DNA of 64,000 nt from an uncultured Coriobacteriales bacterium. Lineage in GTDB: Bacteria > Actinomycetota > Coriobacteriia > Coriobacteriales > QAMH01. The translations under genes and the position numbers were made by a program. The stretch spans positions 155-64,154 of the forward strand of contig CAKUES010000012.1 in NCBI GenBank assembly GCA_934646835.1, in the 5' to 3' direction. Positions 20,087 through 28,604 of this stretch are shown here, piece by piece. How positions within the stretch are numbered: the stretch's first letter is position 1; each line of letters starts with the position of its first letter. A model generated the notes under the pieces. That model had not been told where the DNA came from, did no database searches, and worked only from the letters and a program-made list of their open reading frames with translations.

Positions 20087-20212
20087 CGTAGGGGAGGGAT
20101 CGATTGGCAAAGTCGCCGCTTACGTAGGGGAGACCGATTGGCAAAATCGCCGCTTACGTAGGGGAGGGACCCTGTCCCTCCCCATAGCCCTTACCTTAAT
20201 CAGAACTTCCCC
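20087..20212 (+). repeat. Family A element, copy A2, with its 5' part triplicated in tandem
   Basis: CGTAGGGGAG(GG)A(T/C)CGATTGGCAAARTCGCCGCTTA occurs twice (from 20087 and from 20123). The complete ACGTAGGGGAGGGACCCTGTCCCTCCCCATAGCCC...TTAATCAGAACTTCCCC follows, with its hairpin at 20161-20183. Confidence 0.9.
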
Positions 20213-20272
20213 GGGGCTCCTTGTTGAGCCGACTCGAGCAGATTGTTATATGATAATCAGCATTCATGGAGG

Positions 20273-21259
20273 ATGTCGGTAATCGGAAGGGGCACCGTGT
20301 TCGGTCCGCTGGTCATAGCGTATCTCTTCTTGGGCGGTGCCGGAGCGGGCGCGTGCGTGCTGGCTTCTGCTATCGGGTTGCTTGTACCCGCAGCGGAGAT
20401 GGCTGGTGCAGACAAGGGCCGGCTCGAGGTGCCGGGCGAGTATCGCCGTCTTCTCGCTCCTTCGCTGGTTGTAGCTGTCGGCGCTGTGGGCGTTGGCGTG
20501 TTTTGCCTGCTTGCGGACCTTGGCAACCCAACGGCTGCTCTCGGCATCCTGGCAAATGGCTTGGGGAGCTGGGCCAACGTTGGCGTCGTCGCGCTTGTAT
20601 CGTGCGTTGTCGTCTCTTTGCTACAGCTCGTTCTGCTCGAGTTTGTGCAGGGTGTCCGCGTCTGTCTTTTGCGGATGCTGCAGGTCTTGGGTATTGTCGC
20701 AGGCTTGCTTGCGGCGGCTTACACGGGTTTGCTGCTTGGGGATATGAGCGGTGCTCCCTTCTGGCGCTCGCCTTGGCTGCCGGTCCTCTTTGCGCTTTCT
20801 GCTTGCAACTGCGGCTATGCGGTCTTCACTGCATCGGCGGTGCTTTCAGGCGCGCGCGATTCTTTTGCCTCTACACTGCCCCGTTTCGTCCCAGTCTCTG
20901 CGCTTTTCATCCTCCTCGAGGCCGCAGCGCTGACATGTTTTGTATCGCTATGCGGCACGGGTGGCGGTGATGTTGCTCTGGCAACGGCATCTGCCTCTGT
21001 TGCAAAACTGCTGACGGGGAATCTGAGTGTGCTGTTTTGGGTGGGTGTGGTGTTTGCAGGGCTGTTGGTGCCCTTTGCTATGGAGCTTTTGGCGATGCGC
21101 TTTGACGAGGCGTCGCCCTATCGCTCTTGTGTCCATGTTCTTGTCTCGGCCCTCTCCTCGTTGGTAGGGGCTTTGTGTCTGCGTTACTGCGTCGTGATGG
21201 CCGGCATGCATCCGTTTCTGGGCTTGCTGGGCGTTGCCGGCGTTTCTCTTGGTTTGTAA
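20273..21259 (+). CDS. NrfD/DmsC-like polytopic membrane protein (orphan quinol-oxidising anchor-like subunit)
   Basis: The N-terminus FGPLVIAYLFLGGAGAGACVL matches the FLGG..G motif of NrfD/PsrC/DmsC anchors. About 8 hydrophobic helices. The start is uncertain (TTG 20243, ATG 20273 or GTG 20297). Confidence 0.65.
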   Translation: MSVIGRGTVFGPLVIAYLFLGGAGAGACVLASAIGLLVPAAEMAGADKGRLEVPGEYRRLLAPSLVVAVGAVGVGVFCLLADLGNPTAALGILANGLGSWANVGVVALVSCVVVSLLQLVLLEFVQGVRVCLLRMLQVLGIVAGLLAAAYTGLLLGDMSGAPFWRSPWLPVLFALSACNCGYAVFTASAVLSGARDSFASTLPRFVPVSALFILLEAAALTCFVSLCGTGGGDVALATASASVAKLLTGNLSVLFWVGVVFAGLLVPFAMELLAMRFDEASPYRSCVHVLVSALSSLVGALCLRYCVVMAGMHPFLGLLGVAGVSLGL

Positions 21260-21268
21260 GGAGTATTG

Positions 21269-21745
21269 ATGACTGCAAAGAAAGATCGTTTCGAGTTCAC
21301 GGCGGATGAGTCTTCGGATATCCCGCTGTGGGTGCAGCTCAAGCACCGCATGGCTTACCTGATCGAGAGCGGGTTCTATGCTCCGGGCGACCAGCTTCCC
21401 ACGGTGCGCGGGCTGGCATCAGAGATCTCTGTCAACTACAACACGGTGAACAAGGTCTACATGAGCCTCGCTGCAGATGGCTATATAGAGTCCGTCCGCG
21501 GCAGGGGGGCTTTTGTCTTGGAGCTGCCGGACAGCGGTGATGGCACGGTGGCCCATGAGGCAGACGAGCTGGTGAACGAGTTTATCGGCTCGTGCTTGGA
21601 CTTGGGGCTGAGCTATGACGACATCCAGGCGTGTGTTACACGCCGTATCAGCAAGCTCAAGTACCGCGACAAAGCCGATGGAGATCGCAACGTCGTCGAT
21701 ATGAGCAGTGCGCGCAAACGCAAGAGCGCGGGAACGGGGGCCTAG
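21269..21745 (+). CDS. GntR-family (short, YtrA-like) transcriptional regulator
   Basis: GDQLPTVRGLASEISVNYNTVNKVYMSLAADGYIESVRGRGAFV is a GntR winged-HTH. The C-terminal domain is short. RBS AAGGAG at 21258-21263. Confidence 0.85.
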   Translation: MTAKKDRFEFTADESSDIPLWVQLKHRMAYLIESGFYAPGDQLPTVRGLASEISVNYNTVNKVYMSLAADGYIESVRGRGAFVLELPDSGDGTVAHEADELVNEFIGSCLDLGLSYDDIQACVTRRISKLKYRDKADGDRNVVDMSSARKRKSAGTGA

Positions 21746-21747
21746 AC

Positions 21748-22725
21748 ATGTTTGCCAAGGGCACGAACGCCAAACGTCAAGGCGCGGGCAAGTCGGGAGC
21801 GCAGAGTCGCCGCGATTATCGGGTTGTCTCTGACAGGGGCGCGAATTCTGCCGGCGAGCGCGCTTCCTCTGCCGGAACAGCGCTCTTCACCACTGCGCTG
21901 TTTGCCGTCGTCTTTTGCGTCGTCGTCGCTGTCTTTGCCATTGTCTGTGGGGCAGTGACGATTGTTGGCATCCTCATCGCTTTGGTCGCTGCGTTGCTCG
22001 CTGCGCTGTCCATGCATATCGCCCAGGAGTGGGAGCGCGTGGTCGTTTTGCGCTTTGGCGCGTTCAACCGCGTGTCCGGCCCCGGTCTTTTTTGGACGAT
22101 CCCCTTTGTCGAGCAAAACGTCGTGCGCGTTGACATGCGCACGCGCGTCACGACCTTTGGAGCGGAGGGCACCCTGACGAGCGACCTCGTCCCGCTGGAT
22201 GTCGACGCGGTACTGTTTTGGGTTGTTTACGATGCCAAGACTGCTTGCCTCGAGGTTCGTGACTTCTCTACTGCGGTGGAGCTCGCGGCGCAGACCTCCC
22301 TGCGCGAGGCGATTGGCCGCTTGTCTGCGGCGCAAGTCGCCATCAAGCGCGAGCAGCTCGACCGAGAAATCAAAGAAGAGCTTTCCGAGCAAGTGGGGGA
22401 CTGGGGCGTGAGCGTGCTCTCTGTCGAGGTGCGCGACGTGCTCTTGCCAGAGGAGCTGCAGGATGCGATGTCTGCAGAGGCGCAGGCAGAGCAGCGGATG
22501 AAGGGACGCCTGATCCTCGCGGAGGCGGAGCGCGATATCAGCGACATGTTGGTCGAGGCGGCGGCTCCTTACGAGGAGAATCCGGATGCCATGCGCCTGC
22601 GCTCCATGCATATGCTCTACGAGAGCGTGAAGGACACAGGCGGCACGGTTGTCATGCCCAGCTCCTTTGCCGACGGCCTTGGCGACGTGTTGCCTGATGC
22701 CGCCAAGGACAAGCTGCGAGGATAG
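21748..22725 (+). CDS. SPFH/band-7 (stomatin/slipin-like) membrane protein
   Basis: ATG 21748 lies 3 nt after the GntR stop. A basic N-terminus is followed by a TM segment. EWERVVVLRFGAFNRVSGPGLFW..., AVELAAQTSLREAIG and the EAQAEQRMKGRLILAEAE coiled coil are SPFH hallmarks. Confidence 0.85.
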   Translation: MFAKGTNAKRQGAGKSGAQSRRDYRVVSDRGANSAGERASSAGTALFTTALFAVVFCVVVAVFAIVCGAVTIVGILIALVAALLAALSMHIAQEWERVVVLRFGAFNRVSGPGLFWTIPFVEQNVVRVDMRTRVTTFGAEGTLTSDLVPLDVDAVLFWVVYDAKTACLEVRDFSTAVELAAQTSLREAIGRLSAAQVAIKREQLDREIKEELSEQVGDWGVSVLSVEVRDVLLPEELQDAMSAEAQAEQRMKGRLILAEAERDISDMLVEAAAPYEENPDAMRLRSMHMLYESVKDTGGTVVMPSSFADGLGDVLPDAAKDKLRG

Positions 22726-22836
22726 GGAAATGCTGATAAAAGCAGGTGTCTGATGCATGCGAATGGCAAACCCCTGGTTACGTAGGAGGGACCCTGTCCC
22801 TCCCCGTAGACTTCGCATTAATCAGCGCTTTCTCAG
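22726..22836 (+). repeat. Family A element, copy A3 (long form)
   Basis: Starts right after stop codon 22723-22725: GGAAATGCTGATAAAAGCA...CTGGTTACGTAGGAGGGACCCTGTCCCTCCCCGTAGACTTCGCATTAATCAGCGCTTTCTC. Confidence 0.9.
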
Positions 22837-22882
22837 ATCTGCTGCTGCAGATGCCTGTTTTTCGGTGAACGGCAGTCATATG

Positions 22883-22927
22883 ACAAATAATCCTATGACA
22901 ACTATTGTTTGTCATAGGATTATTTGT
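22883..22927. promoter_or_regulatory. AT-rich perfect 19-bp inverted repeat, candidate operator upstream of the molybdoenzyme operon
   Basis: ACAAATAATCCTATGACAA (22883-22901) - 7 nt - TTGTCATAGGATTATTTGT (22909-22927). It lies 99 nt upstream of ATG 23026. The local composition is unusually AT-rich for this window. Confidence 0.5.
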
Positions 22928-23025
22928 TACCTTTTGCATTGAGTGAATCGGCCAATTCATCAGTATCGCAGGGTGTGGGAGAGGGGGCTCGAGAGAGCCG
23001 TCCGCATCTTTTCAAGAGAGGAGAG

Positions 23026-25437
23026 ATGTCTATGACTGCCAAGTCAAACAAGGGCATTTCGCGTAGAGGATTCATCAAGGCAACCGGCGTTGCAGGCGTT
23101 CTTGCCGCCGGAGCTGCCGGTATGTCGGCTACATCCACATGGCTGACTGAGGCAAAGGCCGACGAGGTACCTGAGGAAAAGGTCGCCTTCACGTATCATC
23201 AATCTCACTGCGGCAGCATGTGCCCGCTCAAGTGCACGGTCCGCGATGGTCGTCTGGTGCTTATCCAGCCCAACGATATGGCTTCCGAGAGGCGCTATCA
23301 GACCTGCTGCCTCAAGGGTCTATCCGAGGTCCAGCACGTTTACGGCGCAGGTCGCGTCCAGACGCCGCTCAAGCGCGTGGGCGAGCGTGGCGAGAACAAG
23401 TTCGAGGCCATCAGCTGGGATGATGCCCTCGATGAAATCGCCGCATCTATCAAGGAAATCCAGGCTGCCCATGGCGACAACGCCGTCATGGTCACCAACG
23501 GTGCCGAGGCCGATGTGCCCTTCCTAGCTCCTATGCTCGGCGCATGCGGTCAGGGTAACGACGGTATCGACGTCGGTACCGGCAACGGTCTCGATCCGTC
23601 GCTTGGCATGGGCTACGGCTATGCGATGACCTGCCCGGAGGCGCGCGATTGGGCCAAGTCCAAGCTCGTCATCATCTCTGGCTCCAATTTCTGCGAGTCC
23701 TCCCTTACCACGGCGCGCTGCCTGCGCGAGGCGCAGATCGCCGGCGCTCGCGTGGTTACCATCGACCCGCACTTCTCCACGACGGCTGGCAAGTCCGATC
23801 AGTGGATTCCCATCGAGGTTGGCACGGATGCTGCGTTGTTCCTCGGCATGATCACCCACATCCTCGATAACAAGCTCTATGATGCGGACTTCATCAAGCG
23901 CCACACTGCGCTGCCCTTCCTGGTCGACAGGAAGACCGGCAAGCTGATCCAGGCCAAGAAGCCGGCTGTCGACGAGGCGGGCGCGCAGGTCACCGGCCAG
24001 AAGGACGTTTTCTATGTCAACGCCGACGGCAAGGCAGTCGTCTACGCGGACGCAAAGCCCGCAAGCATCAAGCTCACTGGCAGCGTGAAGGTCGACGGCA
24101 AGGACGCCGTCAGCGTCTTCGAATTGCTGCTCGAGAACCAGAAGCAATACACCACCGAGTGGGCTGCTCAGGTCACAGGCATCGAGCAGGCGACTATCGA
24201 GTCCCTTGCGGCCGAGTATGCCCAGGGTCCCTCCTCGCTGTCCGTTGGCTGGGGTGGTTGGGACAAGATCTCCAACGCCGACATCGGCGGCCATGCCGTC
24301 TCCGTGCTCGTTGCCCTTACCGGCAACATCGGCAAGGAGGGTACTGGCGTGGGCGTCTACGTTGGCGGTTCCTACACCGGCTACGCTGCCGCTCTCTCCG
24401 GCTGGACGCTGCCCGAGAACATGGTGGCCGGCACCAACGACGTCTCGATCTACGACCTGCCCTTCAAGGAGAACAACGTCCACGCATGGATTGCCGTGGG
24501 CGACGCCTACATCCAGCGCATGGCGGACTGCACGAAGGCGGAGGACTGGGTCAAGAGCCTCGGCCTCATCGTCTCTGCAGACCCGTACTTCACCGAGTCT
24601 GCTAAGTGGTCCGACTACGTTTTGCCGCTGACCACGCGCTTTGAGTACGACGAGGACTACGGCAACATCAAGAACGGCTACAGCCACATCATCATGCAGG
24701 AGAAGATCATCGACCCGCTCTTCGAGGCAAAGACCGACCTGTGGTTTACCCGCGAGCTGGCAAAGCGCCTTGGACGTGACAAGGGCCTGCCCACTACTGC
24801 TCGCGAGCGCGTCGACGCGATCCTCGCCAACTCCGAGGACCCCTACGTCAACAGCCTGACGGTTGAGAGGCTGGCCGAGCATCAGGGCATCTGGCCTGCC
24901 GCTGCCGACATCGAGACCGTGCGCCGTGTGGTGGCCGATTACGCCTTCGCGACGCTGTCCGGCAACATCGACCTTTACTACGACAACCTGGTTGACTTCA
25001 ACCAGGCGCTGCCCAACTGGGAGCAGCCGCTCGAGGCGTACAAGGGCAATCCCGACCGTGAGAAGCTGCCCTTCCAGCTCGGCGCGACGCGTACGCGCTT
25101 CCGCATCCACAACCAGTTCAACGACTCCGCATGGCTGCAGGAGCTCTACGTGCCCACGGTCGACGTCAACCCTGCCGACGTCGAGGGCAAGGGGATTTCC
25201 AACGGCGACGTGGTCGAGCTCAAGAACGACCGCGGCTCCTTCAAGGTCCCCGTGCATCTCAACGAGTCCATCCGCCCGGGCTCTGCTCGCATCTACGAGG
25301 CCGCGACGGCGGACTACACCGTCGAGGGCAACCTGCAGTCCGTCACCAACGCAACGCGACTCGATCGCGGCTACGAGCTGATGTGCGGACCGGTCGCCCC
25401 ATACAGCGACACCATCGTGAGCATTGAGAAAGCCTAG
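23026..25437 (+). CDS. Molybdopterin oxidoreductase catalytic subunit (DMSO reductase family, Psr/Phs/Dms-like), TAT-exported
   Basis: Twin-arginine signal SRRGFIKATGVAGVLAAGAAG. Cys-rich FeS motif HQSHCGSMCPLKC. Length and domain order are typical of the family. RBS GAGAGGAGAG. Confidence 0.9.
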   Translation: MSMTAKSNKGISRRGFIKATGVAGVLAAGAAGMSATSTWLTEAKADEVPEEKVAFTYHQSHCGSMCPLKCTVRDGRLVLIQPNDMASERRYQTCCLKGLSEVQHVYGAGRVQTPLKRVGERGENKFEAISWDDALDEIAASIKEIQAAHGDNAVMVTNGAEADVPFLAPMLGACGQGNDGIDVGTGNGLDPSLGMGYGYAMTCPEARDWAKSKLVIISGSNFCESSLTTARCLREAQIAGARVVTIDPHFSTTAGKSDQWIPIEVGTDAALFLGMITHILDNKLYDADFIKRHTALPFLVDRKTGKLIQAKKPAVDEAGAQVTGQKDVFYVNADGKAVVYADAKPASIKLTGSVKVDGKDAVSVFELLLENQKQYTTEWAAQVTGIEQATIESLAAEYAQGPSSLSVGWGGWDKISNADIGGHAVSVLVALTGNIGKEGTGVGVYVGGSYTGYAAALSGWTLPENMVAGTNDVSIYDLPFKENNVHAWIAVGDAYIQRMADCTKAEDWVKSLGLIVSADPYFTESAKWSDYVLPLTTRFEYDEDYGNIKNGYSHIIMQEKIIDPLFEAKTDLWFTRELAKRLGRDKGLPTTARERVDAILANSEDPYVNSLTVERLAEHQGIWPAAADIETVRRVVADYAFATLSGNIDLYYDNLVDFNQALPNWEQPLEAYKGNPDREKLPFQLGATRTRFRIHNQFNDSAWLQELYVPTVDVNPADVEGKGISNGDVVELKNDRGSFKVPVHLNESIRPGSARIYEAATADYTVEGNLQSVTNATRLDRGYELMCGPVAPYSDTIVSIEKA

Positions 25438-25448
25438 GAGGAAGACTG

Positions 25449-26066
25449 ATGACTAAGTTTGCAATCGCAGTCGACCTGCGTCGCTGCGTTGGCTGCCACA
25501 CCTGCGCCGTTGCCTGCAAGATGCAGAACAACGTGCCTGACGGCATGCTGTGGAACCGCGTTTTGACCGAGGGTTGCGACGTCATCGACGGCGCGATCGG
25601 TACCTATCCCAACCTGAGCCGCAACTACCTGCCGCTCGCCTGCCAGCACTGCACCAACGCTGCTTGCAAGCGCGTGTGCCCGACGGGTGCGACCTACCGC
25701 GACGACAAGGGACGCATCGAGATCGACTACGACAAGTGCATCGGCTGCCGCATGTGCATGGCCGCCTGCCCTTACAACGCCCGCACCTTCAACTGGAACG
25801 AGCCTGTCCGCTCCGCCGGTGGCAACTACGGCGGCGCCGGCGTCCCGGAGCGCAAGAAGGGCGTCATGGAGAAGTGCACGCTGTGCAAGGAGCGCACCGA
25901 CAACGGCGAGGAGCCGATGTGCGCCGTCTGCTGCCCCACCAGCGCTCGTGTCTTCGGTGACTTGGACGATCCCAACTCCGAGATTTCCCAGCTGCACCGC
26001 GAGGGTAATGTCCGCATTCTGCTCGAGGACATGGGTACCCAGCCCCAAGTCTTCTACATCGACTAG
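25449..26066 (+). CDS. 4Fe-4S ferredoxin-type electron-transfer subunit (PsrB/DmsB/NrfC-like)
   Basis: Four Cys clusters: CVGCHTCAVACK, CQHCTNAACKRVCP, CIGCRMCMAACP and CTLCKERTDNGEEPMCAVCCP. Confidence 0.93.
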   Translation: MTKFAIAVDLRRCVGCHTCAVACKMQNNVPDGMLWNRVLTEGCDVIDGAIGTYPNLSRNYLPLACQHCTNAACKRVCPTGATYRDDKGRIEIDYDKCIGCRMCMAACPYNARTFNWNEPVRSAGGNYGGAGVPERKKGVMEKCTLCKERTDNGEEPMCAVCCPTSARVFGDLDDPNSEISQLHREGNVRILLEDMGTQPQVFYID

Positions 26067-26085
26067 GGAGAGGTGAGTTAGAACA

Positions 26086-27282
26086 ATGGCTAACAATAAG
26101 CTTTTCGCCGGCAAGTCCCTCGTCGCTGCAGGCATCTGCATTGCCTTGGCGGTCGTGGCGTTCATCTGCTGGGTTTTGCAGCAGATGAACGGTCTGGGCA
26201 CCACCGGCATGAACAACTCCAACTCTTGGGGTCTCTACATCACGGCGTTCATGTTCTTCGTCGGCCTCTCTGCCGGCGGCCTGATCGTCGCATCCTCTGC
26301 CCACGTGTTCAACATCGAGAAGTTCAAGCCTGTGGCGCTTCCCGCGGTTATCACCTCGACGGTGTGCATCTGCTTGGCAGGTGCCTTCGTCCTCATCGAC
26401 CTGGGCGGAATCGCACGTATCTGGCGCATGCTCACCGGCCTCAACCTCACCTCGCCGCTTGCGTGGGACATGATCGTCATCACCTGCTACCTCATCATCA
26501 ACATCCTCGACATGGTGTGGCTGATGAAGGGCGATGAGCGCAAGGTCGAGGTACTCTCTCGCATTGCGCTTCCCGTCGCGATCTTGGTTCACTCCGTCAC
26601 CGCGTGGATCTTTGGCCTGGAGATCGCCAAGGAGGGCTGGCATACCGCCATCCTGGCTCCCATCTTCGTCGCCTCCGCGATGGATTCCGGCTTGGCCATC
26701 TTGCTGATCGGTTTGGCTGGCCTTGAGAAGGGCAAGGTCTTCACGACGAGCCCCAAGCTCTTCAAGAGCCTCGCCGGATTGCTGTGCGCCTGCATCGCCG
26801 TCGACGCGTACTTCATCGGCTGCGAGATCTTGACCACGGCCTACAACGGCACGGAGGGTGGCATGGCTTTGCTCTCTGTGATGACCACGGGCTCGACTGC
26901 CCCGTTCTTCTGGTTCGAGATCATCTTCGGCCTGCTCGTCCCGTTCTGCATCCTGGTCTTCTCCAAGAACCGCGCCAACCGTAAGACGGTTTGCGTTGCC
27001 GGTGCGCTGGTGGTGCTCGGCGTCTTCTGCAAGCGCGTGTGGCTGCTCTTCAGCTCCTTTGCCCATCCCAACGTCTCTGGCGGCGCTGGCATCACGCTCG
27101 GCACCAAGGCTGCCCAGACCGGCGACGTCTACGACATGTGGAGCGTCATGGGTACCTACGCACCCACGCTGCCCGAGGTCCTGATCTTCATCGGCGTCAT
27201 CGCGTTTGGCGTGCTGGCCTTCATGGTCCTTTCCAAGAAGCTGCTTCCCAAGTGGAACGCGCACAAGGAGATTAGCGAGTAG
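26086..27282 (+). CDS. NrfD/PsrC-type polytopic membrane anchor subunit
   Basis: 398 aa, highly hydrophobic. WGLYITAFMFFVGLSAGGLIV matches the NrfD family motif. It directly follows the FeS subunit. Confidence 0.9.
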   Translation: MANNKLFAGKSLVAAGICIALAVVAFICWVLQQMNGLGTTGMNNSNSWGLYITAFMFFVGLSAGGLIVASSAHVFNIEKFKPVALPAVITSTVCICLAGAFVLIDLGGIARIWRMLTGLNLTSPLAWDMIVITCYLIINILDMVWLMKGDERKVEVLSRIALPVAILVHSVTAWIFGLEIAKEGWHTAILAPIFVASAMDSGLAILLIGLAGLEKGKVFTTSPKLFKSLAGLLCACIAVDAYFIGCEILTTAYNGTEGGMALLSVMTTGSTAPFFWFEIIFGLLVPFCILVFSKNRANRKTVCVAGALVVLGVFCKRVWLLFSSFAHPNVSGGAGITLGTKAAQTGDVYDMWSVMGTYAPTLPEVLIFIGVIAFGVLAFMVLSKKLLPKWNAHKEISE

Positions 27283-27294
27283 GTTTTGAAAACG

Positions 27295-27327
27295 GGTGCA
27301 GTCTGCTCGAGGCTGCACCTGTTTTTT
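27295..27327 (+). terminator. Intrinsic terminator after the membrane anchor gene
   Basis: GGTGCAG - 11-nt loop - CTGCACC followed by TGTTTTTT. Confidence 0.7.
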
Positions 27328-27426
27328 GCAGAGGGCGGATGTGCGATGCCACGTCTCCGTCCGCTTTCAGATAGACTCTTGCCGATGAGATAGGCAAAGA
27401 GAATCCCGTTACCGTAAGGAGCCCTC

Positions 27427-28041
27427 ATGACCGAGTCCCCAAGCGAGTATGAAATCCTGGCAAACGCCTACGCGTTTTTGGGTTCAAGTCTGCTCAAGCC
27501 TATGAGCCAGACGCCCCAGCTGGGGCTTGATCCTGCATTTTGGGATGCGTTCACCGCCTTTGACAGCAAAGCTGTCGAGGAGGCGGGGTGCTCGCTCGCC
27601 GAGTTTGCTGCGACAAAAGCTGGCGATGACGACGCAGTCGAGGATATCAGCGTTGAGTGGACGCGCCTCTTCGTCGGCCCTCCCGAGCCTGCGGCTGCGC
27701 CGTGGGAGAGCTACTATCGTGCCAAGGATGCCAAGAGTGGCTTTGGCCCGGCTACCTTCGAGATGCAGGAGCTGTTGCGCAAGCACGGCTTGGCAGTGGG
27801 TGGCGAAAGCAACCAGTTTGCCGACCACATTGGCATCGAGTTGCTGCTGCTGTCGGAGATGTGCCGCAAGGCGACGGCAGATGAGGATTTTGAGGAGATC
27901 GGTACCTATCTGCAGGAACATCCGCTTGGCTGGGTTGGCGATTTGGGGCAGGCCGTGGCAGCTTGTGAGCCCGATGGCTATTACCTCCGCGTTATCGTGC
28001 TTGCCAAGGCCTTGATGGAGATGCATCTGGCAGCGCTGTAG
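27427..28041 (+). CDS. TorD/DmsD-family redox enzyme maturation chaperone
   Basis: 204 aa. The WTRLFVGPPEPAAAPWESYY motif (the F/W-x-RLF-x-GP signature of TorD/DmsD) is present. Confidence 0.85.
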   Translation: MTESPSEYEILANAYAFLGSSLLKPMSQTPQLGLDPAFWDAFTAFDSKAVEEAGCSLAEFAATKAGDDDAVEDISVEWTRLFVGPPEPAAAPWESYYRAKDAKSGFGPATFEMQELLRKHGLAVGGESNQFADHIGIELLLLSEMCRKATADEDFEEIGTYLQEHPLGWVGDLGQAVAACEPDGYYLRVIVLAKALMEMHLAAL

Positions 28042-28063
28042 TGCTCCTTTGCTTGCAAGATAA

Positions 28064-28109
28064 CGAGGGCCCGCATCATCGCGATGCGGGCCCTCGTTGC
28101 GTCTGGGGG
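28064..28109 (+). repeat. T3 hairpin repeat, copy b (bidirectional terminator between torD-like and the convergent small gene)
   Basis: CGAGGGCCCGCATC-ATCGC-GATGCGGGCCCTCG followed by TTGCGTCTGGGGG. The first 36 nt are identical to 19999-20034. Confidence 0.9.
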
Positions 28110-28114
28110 CGGCG

Positions 28115-28492
28115 TTACTCCTGCGGCTCTTCGACGGGCTCGACGTCGATGATGTCGGGATCGTGCACGACCTCGTCGGATGCAGCCTCGGTGTGCTCGA
28201 CGAGGGTGGGCTCGCAGACGGGCTCATCGTCAGGTACCTCGGACGAGCTTTGGAAGTGCAGGAAGTTCTGGATCTGGGCGTTGGTCTTGTCGGACCACTC
28301 GTTGATCTTCTCCACGGTGTCTTTGGTCGCCTCGACGGTGGCGGGGCCGACGGTCTTTGCGGCGTCGGCGACAGCGGGCGCGACGGTCTTCGCTGCGTCT
28401 GCTACGGCAGGTGCGACGGTTTTGGTGGCATCTACAACAGCGGATGCCACATCCTTTGCGGCAGACGCGATGGTCTTTAGGTAACCAGACAT
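28115..28492 (-). CDS. Small protein with 11-residue tandem repeats and an acidic tail (125 aa)
   Basis: Start ATG 28492 is preceded by AGAAAGAGGAG. The repeats are KDVASAVVDAT / KTVAPAVADAA / KTVAPAVADAA / KTVGPATVEAT / KDTVEKINEWS. The C-terminus is D/E/P/V-rich. Confidence 0.6.
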   Translation of the reverse strand: MSGYLKTIASAAKDVASAVVDATKTVAPAVADAAKTVAPAVADAAKTVGPATVEATKDTVEKINEWSDKTNAQIQNFLHFQSSSEVPDDEPVCEPTLVEHTEAASDEVVHDPDIIDVEPVEEPQE

Positions 28493-28591
28493 GGCGACTC
28501 CTCTTTCTGGCGCTTGGTTTGCTGGTGAGTACAGATTACCTTGAAGGGCCGCCGCTTGCATGCGCCCGGACAAATCTCCGCGTCCTCTACG

Positions 28592-28597
28592 TATAAT
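28592..28597 (+). promoter_or_regulatory. Candidate -10 box (TATAAT) placing the tadA start codon at or next to the transcription start (leaderless)
   Basis: TATAAT at 28592-28597 and ATG at 28605. No Shine-Dalgarno sequence lies between them. Confidence 0.35.
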
Positions 28598-28604
28598 TGC
28601 ACCC

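Noticed and set aside
20243-28109. Calling the tRNA-adjacent, direct-repeat-bounded segment a mobile element or genomic island.
   Set aside because: No integrase, recombinase, transposase or conjugation gene is present. The repeat does not overlap the tRNA 3' end, and it doubles as a plausible terminator. It is therefore reported only as a finding to test, not as a mobile_element feature.
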